From contig OZ176052.1 in assembly GCA_964247055.1 (NCBI GenBank), forward strand, positions 14,260,001 to 14,324,000: a stretch of 64,000 bases of DNA. The letters are read 5' to 3'. Below the pieces are notes generated by a model. It had not been told where the DNA came from and made no database searches. It saw only the letters and a program-made list of their open reading frames with translations. The position numbers and the translations under genes are program-made. Below, piece after piece: positions 1 to 10,133 of this stretch (positions are counted from its first letter, which is position 1; each line of letters begins with the position of its first letter). This DNA is from Paragordius varius. Taxonomy: Eukaryota > Animalia > Nematomorpha.

Positions 1-34
1 AAAAAAATTACATTTATACTCCGATCTCGAAAAT

Positions 35-103
35 ATTTGGGGTGATGATGGAACTACCATAGGGCTACCCAAAAAAAATTATGGTGACATCACCTGATCA
101 AAT
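35..103 (+). ncRNA. Candidate box C/D (kink-turn) RNA-like unit, repeated in almost every monomer; unverified
   Basis: Box C GTGATGA at 42-48 and box D CTGA at 94-97. Terminal stem 35-40 (atttgg) pairs with 98-103 (tcaaat): 5 Watson-Crick pairs plus 1 G.U, leaving a 3-nt bulge (41-43). No clear internal D-prime/C-prime boxes and no demonstrated guide target. Confidence 0.2.
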
Positions 104-120
104 TTGGATTTTAGGTAGCC
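63..120. repeat. 12-bp imperfect inverted repeat in the monomer core, with a nested 5-bp dyad
   Basis: ggctacccaaaa (63-74) versus ttttaggtagcc (109-120): 11/12 complementary, 34-bp spacer. Nested dyad ggtga-ca-tcacc at 83-94 in ggt-type monomers. ggtgatg (41-47) is also the reverse complement of catcacc (88-94). Confidence 0.9.
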
Positions 121-148
121 ATTTTTATTTTTAAAATCGTATAAAATA

Positions 149-172
149 AATTTTTTAAATATTTAAAAAATT
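149..172. repeat. Perfect 24-bp all-A/T palindrome, present in most monomers
   Basis: aattttttaaatatttaaaaaatt is its own reverse complement (central SspI site flanked by two DraI sites). Confidence 0.96.
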
Positions 173-180
173 CATAAAAA

Positions 181-353
181 TTACATTTATACTCCGATCT
201 CGAAAATATTTGGGGTGATGATGGAACTACCATAGGGCTACCCAAAAAAAATTATGGTGACATCACCTGATCAAATTTGGACTTTAGGTAGCCATTTTTA
301 TTTTTAAAATCGTATAAAATAAATTTTTTAAATATTTAAAAAATTCATAAAAA
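181..353 (+). repeat. Representative monomer (A-type)
   Basis: Near-consensus: ttacatttatactccgatctcgaaaatatttggggtgatgatggaactaccatagggctacccaaaaaaaattatggtgacatcacctgatcaaatttggattttaggtagccatttttatttttaaaatcgtataaaataaattttttaaatatttaaaaaattcataaaaa. This copy has c instead of t at 282. Main polymorphic sites: tata[c/g]tcc, gat[ctcg/cccc]aa, ttg[g/a]gg, gaa[ct/ca/tt]ac, tac[c/g]ca, tat[ggt/agt/ggc]gac, ttca[t/a]aa. Confidence 0.97.
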
Positions 354-691
354 TTACATTTATACTCCGATCTCGAAAATATTTGGGGTGATGATGGAAC
401 TAAGGGCTACGCAAAAAAAATTATGGTGACATCACCTGATCAAATTTGGATTTTAGGTAGCCATTTTTATTTTTAAAATCGTATAAAATAAATTTTTTAA
501 ATATTTAAAAAATTCATAAAAATTACATTTATACTCCGATCTCGAAAATATTTGGGGTGATGATGGAACTAAGGGCTACGCAAAAAAAATTATGGTGACA
601 TCACCTGATCAAATTTGGATTTTAGGTAGCCATTTTTATTTTTAAAATCGTATAAAATAAATTTTTTAAATATTTAAAAAATTCATAAAAA

Positions 692-3600
692 TTACATTTA
701 TACTCCGATCTCGACAATATTTGGGGTGATGATGGAACTACCATAGGGCTACCCAAAAAAATTATAGTGACATCACCTGATCAAATTTGGATTTTAGGTA
801 GCCATTTTTATTTTTAAAATCGAATAAAATAAATTTTTTAAATATTTAAAAAATTCATAAAAATTACATTTATAGTCCGATCCCCAAAATATTTGGGGTG
901 ATGATGGAACTACCATAGGGCTACCCAAAAAAAATTATGGTGACATCACCTGATCAAATTTGGATTTTAGGTAGCCATTTTTATCTTAAAATCGTATAAA
1001 ATAAATTTTTTAAATATTTAAAAAATTCATAAAAATTACATTTATAGTCCGATCCCCAAAATATTTGGGGTGATGATGGAACTACCATAGGGCTACCCAA
1101 AAAAAATTATAGTGACATCACCTGATCCAATTTGGATTTTAGGTAGCCATTTTTATTTTTAAAATCGTATAAAATAAATTTTTTAAATATTTAAAAAATT
1201 CATAAAAATTACATTTATACTCCGATCTCGAAAATATTTGGGGTGATGATGGAACTAAGGGCTACGCAAAAAAAAATATGGTGACATCACCTGATCGAAT
1301 TTGGATTTTAGGTAGCCATTTTTATTTTTAAAATCGTATAAAATAAATTTTTTAAATATTTAAAAAATTCATAAAAATTACATTTATACTCCGATCTCGA
1401 CAATATTTGGGGTGATGATGGAACTACCATAGGGCTACCCAAAAAAATTATAGTGACATCACCTGATCAAATTTGGATTTTAGGTAGCCATTTTTATTTT
1501 TAAAATCGAATAAAATAAATTTTTTAAATATTTAAAAAATTCATAAAAATTACATTTATAGTCCGATCCCCAAAATATTTGGGGTGATGATGGAACTACC
1601 ATAGGGCTACCCAAAAAAAATTATGGTGACATCACCTGATCAAATTTGGATTTTAGGTAGCCATTTTTATCTTAAAATCGTATAAAATAAATTTTTTAAA
1701 TATTTAAAAAATTCATAAAAATTACATTTATAGTCCGATCCCGAAAATATTTGGGGTGATGATGGAACTACCATAGGGCTACCCAAAAAAAATTATAGTG
1801 ACATCACCTGATCCAATTTGGATTTTAGGTAGCTATTTTTATTTTTAAAATCGTATAAAATAAATTTTTTAAATATTTAAAAAATTCATAAAAATTACAT
1901 TTATACTCCGATCTCGACAATATTTGGGGTGATGATGGAACTACCATAGGGCTACCCAAAAAAAATTATAGTGACATCACCTGATCAAATTTGGATTTTA
2001 GGTAGCCATTTTTATTTTTAAAATCGAATAAAATAAATTTTTTAAATATTTAAAAAATTCATAAAAATTACATTTATAGTCCGATCCCCAAAATATTTGG
2101 GGTGATGATGGAACAACCATAGGGCTACGCAAAAAAAATTATGGCGACATCACCTGATCAAATTTGGATTTTAGGTAGCCATTTTTATTTTTAAAATCGT
2201 ATAAAATAAATTTTTTAAATATTTAAAAAATTCAAAAAAATTACATTTATACTCCGATCTCGAAAATATTTGGGGTGATGATGGAACTACCATAGGGCTA
2301 CCCAAAAAAAATTATGGTGACATCACCTGATCAAATTTGGACTTTAGGTAGCCATTTTTATTTTTAAAATCGTATAAAATAAATTTTTTAAATATTTAAA
2401 ATCTCGAAAATATTTGGGGTGATGATGGAACTAAGGGCTACGCAAAAAAAATTATGGTGACATCACCTGATCAAATTTGGATTTTAGGTAGCCATTTTTA
2501 TTTTTAAAATCGTATAAAATAAATTTTTTAAATATTTAAAAAATTCATAAAAATTACATTTATAGTCCGATCCCCAAAGTATTTGGGGTGATGATGGAAC
2601 TACCATAGGGCTACCCAAAAAAAATTATGGTGACATCACCTGATCAAATTTGGATTTTAGGTAGCCATTTTTATTTTTAAAATCGTATAAAATAAATTTT
2701 TTAAATATTTAAAAAATTCATAAAAATTACATTTATACTCCGATCTCGACAATATTTGGGGTGATGATGGAACTACCATAGGGCTACCCAAAAAAATTAT
2801 AGTGACATCACCTGATCAAATTTGGATTTTAGGTAGCCATTTTTATTTTTAAAATCGAATAAAATAAATTTTTTAAATATTTAAAAAATTCATAAAAATT
2901 ACATTTATAGTCCGATCCCCAAAATATTTGGGGTGATGATGGAACTACCATAGGGCTACCCAAAAAAAATTATGGTGACATCACCTGATCAAATTTGGAT
3001 TTTAGGTAGCCATTTTTATCTTAAAATCGTATAAAATAAATTTTTTAAATATTTAAAAAATTCATAAAAATTACATTTATAGTCCGATCCCCAAAATATT
3101 TGGGGTGATGATGGAACTACCATAGGGCTACCCAAAAAAAATTATAGTGACATCACCTGATCCAATTTGGATTTTAGGTAGCCATTTTTATTTTTAAAAT
3201 CGTATAAAATAAATTTTTTAAATATTTAAAAAATTCATAAAAATTACATTTATACTCCGATCTCGAAAATATTTGGGGTGATGATGGAACTAAGGGCTAC
3301 GCAAAAAAAATTATGGTGACATCACATGATCGAATTTGGATTTTAGGTAGCCATTTTTATTTTTAAAATCGTATAAAATAAATTTTTTAAATATTTAAAA
3401 AATTCATAAAAATTACATTTATACTCCGATCTCGACAATATTTGGGGTGATGATGGAACTACCATAGGGCTACCCAAAAAAATTATAGTGACATCACCTG
3501 ATCAAATTTGGATTTTAGGTAGCCATTTTTATTTTTAAAATCGAATAAAATAAATTTTTTAAATATTTAAAAAATTCATAAAAATTACATTTATAGTCCG

Positions 3601-4790
3601 ATCCCCAAAATATTTGGGGTGATGATGGAACTACCATAGGGCTACCCAAAAAAAATTATGGTGACATCACCTGATCAAATTTGGATTTTAGGTAGCCATT
3701 TTTATCTTAAAATCGTATAAAATAAATTTTTTAAATATTTAAAAAATTCATAAAAATTACATTTATAGTCCGATCCCCAAAATATTTGGGGTGATGATGG
3801 AACTACCATAGGGCTACCCAAAAAAAATTATAGTGACATCACCTGATCCAATTTGGATTTTAGGTAGCCATTTTTATTTTTAAAATCGTATAAAATAAAT
3901 TTTTTAAATATTTAAAAAATTCATAAAAATTACATTTATACTCCGATCTCGACAATATTTGGGGTGATGATGGAACTACCATAGGGCTACCCAAAAAAAA
4001 TTATAGTGACATCACCTGATCAAATTTGGATTTTAGGTAGCCATTTTTATTTTTAAAATCGAATAAAATAAATTTTTTAAATATTTAAAAAATTCATAAA
4101 AATTACATTTATAGTCCGATCCCCAAAATATTTGGGGTGATGATGGAACAACCATAGGGCTACGCAAAAAAAATTATGGCGACATCACCTGATCAAATTT
4201 GGATTTTAGGTAGCCATTTTTATTTTTAAAATCGTATAAAATAAATTTTTTAAATATTTAAAAAATTCAAAAAAATTACATTTATACTCCGATCTCGAAA
4301 ATATTTGGGGTGATGATGGAACTACCATAGGGCTACCCAAAAAAAATTATGGTGACATCACCTGATCAAATTTGGACTTTAGGTAGCCATTTTTATTTTT
4401 AAAATCGTATAAAATAAATTTTTTAAATATTTAAAAAATTCATAAAAATTACATTTATACTCCGATCTCGAAAATATTTGGGGTGATGATGGAACTAAGG
4501 GCTACGCAAAAAAAATTATGGTGACATCACCTGATCAAATTTGGATTTTAGGTAGCCATTTTTATTTTTAAAATCGTATAAAATAAATTTTTTAAATATT
4601 TAAAAAATTCATAAAAATTACATTTATAGTCCGATCCCCAAAGTATTTGGGGTGATGATGGAACTACCATAGGGCTACCCAAAAAAAATTATGGTGACAT
4701 CACCTGATCAAATTTAGATTTTAGGTAGCCATTTTTATTTTTAAAATCGTATAAAATAAATTTTTTAAATATTTAAAAAATTCATAAAAA
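692..4790. repeat. 12-monomer higher-order repeat, two tandem copies (692-2726 and 2727-4790)
   Basis: Same order of marker monomers in both copies: gacaa/cgaat, tatctt, gatccaa, 4-bp deletion, caac-ggc, ggactt, ccccaaagta. Unit is 2064 bp, or 2035 bp in copy 1 because of a 29-bp deletion at 2400. Confidence 0.92.
882..898. repeat. 7-bp hairpin-forming dyad specific to B-type monomers
   Basis: ccccaaa-ata-tttgggg. A-type monomers read ctcgaaa-ata-tttgggg, with two mismatches. Confidence 0.9.
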
Positions 4791-7700
4791 TTACATTTAT
4801 ACTCCGATCTCGACAATATTTGGGGTGATGATGGAACTACCATAGGGCTACCCAAAAAAATTATAGTGACATCACCTGATCAAATTTGGATTTTAGGTAG
4901 CCATTTTTATTTTTAAAATCGTATAAAATAAATTTTTTAAATATTTAAAAAATTCATAAAAATTACATTTATAGTCCGATCCCCAAAATATTTGGGGTGA
5001 TGATGGAACAACCATAGGGCTACGCAAAAAAAATTATGGCGACATCACCTGATCAAATTTGGATTTTAGGTAGCCATTTTTATTTTTAAAATCGTATAAA
5101 ATAAATTTTTTAAATATTTAAAAAATTCAAAAAAATTACATTTATACTCCGATCTCGAAAATATTTGGGGTGATGATGGAACTACCATAGGGCTACCCAA
5201 AATAAATTATGGTGACATCACCTGATCAAATTTGGACTTTAGGTAGCCATTTTTATTTTTAAAATCGTATAAAATAATTATTTAAATATTTAAAAAATTC
5301 ATAAAAATTACATTTATAGTCCGATCTCGAAAATATTTGGGGTGATGATGGAACTACCATAGGGCTACCCAAAAAAAATTATGGTGACATCACCTGATCA
5401 AATTTGGATTTTAGGTAGCCATTTTTATCTTAAAATCGTATAAAATAAATTTTTTAAATATTTAAAAAATTCATAAAAATTACATTTATAGTCCGATCCC
5501 CAAAATATATGGGGTGATGATGGAACTACCATAGGGCTACCCAAAAAAAATTATAGTGACATCACCTGATCCAATTTGGATTTTAGGTAGCCATTTTTAT
5601 TTTTAAAATCGTATAAAATAAATTTTTTAAATATTTAAAAAATTCATAAAAATTACATTTATACTCCGATCTCGACAATATTTGGGGTGATGATGGAACT
5701 ACCATAGGGCTACCCAAAAAAAATTATAGTGACATCACCTGATCAAATTTGGATTTTAGGTAGCCATTTTTATTTTTAAAATCGAATAAAATAAATTTTT
5801 TAAATATTTAAAAAATTCATAAAAATTACATTTATAGTCCGATCCCCAAAATATTTGGGGTGATGATGGAACAACCATAGGGCTACGCAAAAAAAATTAT
5901 GGCGACATCACCTGATCAAATTTGGATTTTAGGTAGCCATTTTTATTTTTAAAATCGTATAAAATAAATTTTTTAAATATTTAAAAAATTCAAAAAAATT
6001 ACATTTATACTCCGATCTCGAAAATATTTGGGGTGATGATGGAACTACCATAGGGCTACCCAAAAAAAATTATGGCGACATCACCTGATCAAATTTGGAT
6101 TTTAGGTAGCCATTTTTATTTTTAAAATCGTATAAAATAAATTTTTTAAATATTTAAAAAATTCAAAAAAATTACATTTATACTCCGATCTCGACAATAT
6201 TTGGGGTGATGATGGAACTACCATAGGGCTACCCAAAAAAAATTATGGTGACATCACCTGATCAAATTTGGATTTTAGGTAGCCATTTTTATTTTTAAAA
6301 TCGTATAAAATAAATTTTTTAAATATTTAAAAAATTCATAAAAATTACATTTATACTCCGATCTCGAAAATATTTGGGGTGATGATGGAACTACCATAGG
6401 GCTACCCCAAAAAAATTATGGTGACATCACCTGATCAAATTTGGATTTTAGGTAGCCATTTTTATTTTTAAAATCGTATAAAATAAATTTTTTAAATATT
6501 TAAAAAATTCATAAAATTTACATTTATAGTCCGATCTCGACAATATTTGGGGTGATGATGGAACTACCATAGGGCTCCGCAAAAAAAATTATGGTGACAT
6601 CACCTGATCAAATTTGGATTTTAGGTAGCCATTTTTATTTTTAAAATCGTATAAAATAAATTTTTTAAATATTTAAAAAATTCAAAAAAATTACATTTAT
6701 ACTCCGATCTCGACAATATTTGGGGTGATGATGGAACTACCATAGGGCTACCCAAAAAAAATTATGGTGACATCACCTGATCAAATTTGGATTTTAGGTA
6801 GCCATTTTTATTTTTAAAATCGTATAAAATAAATTTTTAAATATTTAAAAAATTCATAAAAATTACATTTATACTCCGATCTCGAAAATATTTATAGTGA
6901 TGATGGAACTACCATAGGGCTACCCAAAAAAAATTATGGTGACATCACCTGATCAAATTTGGACTTTAGGTAGCCATTTTTATTTTTAAAATCGTATAAA
7001 ATAATTATTTAAATATTTAAAAAATTCATAAAAATTACATTTATACTCCGATCTCGAAAATATTTGGGGTGATGATGGAACTACCATAGGGCTACCCAAA
7101 AAAAATTATGGTGACATCACCTGATCAAATTTGGACTTTAGGTAGCCATTTTTATTTTTAAAATCGTATAAAATAAATTTTTTAAATATTTAAAAAATTC
7201 ATAAAAATTACATTTATAGTCCGATCTCGAAAATATTTGGGGTGATGATGGAACTACCATAGGGCTACCCAAAAAAAATTATGGTGACATCACCTGATCA
7301 AATTTGGATTTTAGGTAGCCATTTTTATTTTTAAATCGTATAAAATAAATTTTTTAAATATTTAAAAAATTCATAAAAATTACATTTATACTCCGATCTC
7401 GAAAATATTTGGGGTGATGATGGAACTACCATAGGGCTACTCAAAAAAAATTATAGTGACACCACCTGATCAAATTTGGATTTTAGGTAGCCATTTTTAT
7501 TTTTAAAATCGTATAAAATAAATTTTTTAAATATTTAAAAAATTCATAAAAATTACATTTATAGTCTGATCCCCAAAGTATTTGGGGTGATGATGGAACT
7601 ACCATAGGGTTACCCAAAAAAAATTATGGCGACATCACCTGATCAAATTTGGATTTTAGGTAGCCATTTTTATTTTTAAAATCGTATAAAATAAATTTTT

Positions 7701-10133
7701 TAAATATTTAAAAAATTCATAAAAATTACATTTATAGTCCGATCCCCAAAATATTTGGGGTGATGATGGAATTACCATAGGGCTACCCAAAAAAAATTAT
7801 GGTGACATCACCTGATCAAATTTGGATTTTAGGTAGCCATTTTTATTTTTAAAATCGTATAAAATAAATTTTTTAAATATTTAAAAAATTCATAAAAATT
7901 ACATTTATAGTCCGATCCCCAAAATATTTGAGGTGATGATGGAACAACCATAGGGCTACGCAAAAAAAATTATGGCGACATCACCTGATCAAATTTGGAT
8001 TTTAGGTAGCCATTTTTATTTTTAAAATCGTATAAAATAAATTTTTTAAATATTTAAAAAATTCAAAAAAATTACATTTATACTCCGATCTCGAAAATAT
8101 TTGGGGTGATGATGGAACTACCATAGGGCTACCCAAAAAAAATAATGGCGACATCACCTGATCAAATTTGGATTTTAGGTAGCCATTTTTATTTTTAAAA
8201 TCGTATAAAATAAATTTTTTAAATATTTAAAAAATTCATAAAAATTACATTTATACTCCGATCTCGAAAATATTTGGGGTGATGATGGAACTACCATAGG
8301 GCTACCCAAAAAAAATTATAGTGACATCACCTGATCAAATTTGGATTTTAGGTAGCCATTTTTATTTTTAAAATCGTATAAAATAAATTTTTTAAATATT
8401 TAAAAAATTCATAAAAATTACATTTATAGTCCGATCACAATATTTGGGGTGATGATGGAACTACCATAGGGCTACCCAAAAAAAATTATAGTGACATCAC
8501 CTGATCAAATTTGGATTTTAGGTAGCCATTTTTATTTTTAAAATCGTATAAAATAAATTTTTTAAATATTTAAAAAATTCATAAAAATTACATTTATACT
8601 CCGATCTCGAAAATATTTGGGGTGATGATGGAACTACCATAGGGCTACCCAAAAAAAAATATGGTGACATCACCTGATCAAATTTGGATTTTAGGTAGCC
8701 ATTTTTATTTTTAAAATCGTATAAAATAAATTTTTTAAATATTTAAAAAATTCATAAAAATTACATTTATACTCCGATCTCGATATTTGGGGTGATGATG
8801 GAACTACCATAGGGCTACGCAAAAAAAATTATGGTGACATCACCTGATCAAATTTGGACTTTAGGTAGCCATTTTTATTTTTAAAATCGTATAAAATAAA
8901 TTTTTTAAATATTTAAAAAATTCATAAAAATTACATTTATAGTCCGATCCCCAAAGTATTTGGGGTGATGATGGAACTACCATAGGGCTACCCAAAAAAA
9001 ATTATGGCGACATCACCTGATCAAATTTGGATTTTAGGTAGCCATTTTTATTTTTAAAATCGTATAAAATAAATTTTTTAAATATTTAAAAAATTCATAA
9101 AATTTACATTTATAGTCCGATCTCGACAATATTTGGGGTGATGATGGAATTACCATAGGGCTACCCAAAAAAAAATATGGTGACATCACCTGATCAAATT
9201 TGGATTTTAGGTAGCCATTTTTATTTTTAAAATCGTATAAAATAAATTTTTTAAATATTTAAAAAATTTATAAAAATTACATTTATACTCCGATCTCGAA
9301 AATATTTGGGGTGATGATGGAACTACCATAGGGCTACCCAAAAAAAATATGGTGACATCACCTGATCAAATTTGGATTTTAGGTAGCCATTTTTATTTTT
9401 AAAATCGTATAAAATAAATTTTTTAAATATTTAAAAAATTCATAAAAGTTACATTTATAGTCCGATCCCCAAAATATTTGTGGTGATGATGGAACTACCA
9501 TAGGGCTACCCAAAAAAAATTATGGTGACATCACCTGATCAAATTTGGATTTTAGGTAGCCATTTTTATTTTTCAAATCGTATAAAATAAATTTTTTAAA
9601 TATTTAAAAAATTCAAAAAAATTACATTTATACTCCGATCTCGACAATATTTGGGGTGATGATGGAACTACCATAGGGCTACCCAAAAAAAATTATAGTG
9701 ACATCACCTGATCAAATTTGGATTTTAGGTAACCATTTTTATTTTTAATATCGTATAAAATAAATTTTTAAAATATTTAAAAAATTTATAAAAATTACAT
9801 TTATAGTCCGATCACAATATTTGGGGTGATGATGGAACTACCATAGGGCTACCCAAAAAAAATTATGGCGACATCACCTGATCAAATTTGGATTTTAGGT
9901 AGCCATTTTTATTTTAAAAATCGTATAAAATAAATTTTTTAAATATTTAAAAAATTCATAAAAATTACATTTATAGTCCGATCACAATATTTGGGGTGAT
10001 GATGGAACTACCATAGGGCTACCCAAAAAAAATTATGGCGACATCACCTGATCAAATTTGGATTTTAGGTAGCCATTTTTATTTTTAAAATCGTATAAAA
10101 TAAATTTTTTAAATATTTAAAAATTCATAAAAA

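Noticed and set aside
37-42. ttgggg (Tetrahymena-type telomere hexamer) and a possible G-quadruplex
   Set aside because: It occurs once per monomer, not in tandem, and there are too few closely spaced G-runs on either strand.
52-60. aactaccat as a possible snoRNA guide against a small-subunit rRNA segment I recall as GAUGGUAGU
   Set aside because: The match is from memory, only about 8 nt, and is not followed by a recognisable D-prime box. It needs a real search against the host rRNA.
3-107. Monomer built from two ancient sub-repeats (aaaaatta...ccgatc...aaatatttgg versus aaaaatta...cctgatc.aaatttgg, ~71 bp apart)
   Set aside because: The similarity is patchy and mostly in low-complexity A/T words, so it cannot be told from chance without an alignment score test.
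60-123. MITE or hAT-like terminal inverted repeat starting taggg
   Set aside because: The right end reads ggtagccatt rather than ggtagcccta. There is no target-site duplication and the unit is only 58 bp within a tandem array.
81-134. Plus-strand 17-codon ORF (MVTSPDQIWILGSHFYF) and ATG ATG GAA CTA CCA TAG mini-ORF
   Set aside because: Too short, and the ATG is lost in agt-type monomers. There is no coding evidence.
8-180. CENP-B box, or assignment to a named satellite family or species
   Set aside because: There is no TTCG....A..CGGG pattern, and I do not recognise the monomer. Similar length to alpha satellite or CEN178 is not homology. A BLAST, Repbase or Dfam search is required.
111-233. 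Minus-strand 40-codon ORF spanning each monomer junction (MVVPSSPQIFSRSEYKCNFYEFFKYLKNLFYTILKIKMAT), open in both A and B types
   Set aside because: It is short, made largely of A/T-tract codons, and has no recognisable motif. It is frameshifted by amplified 1-, 4- and 5-bp deletions. It is most simply a by-product of the satellite sequence.
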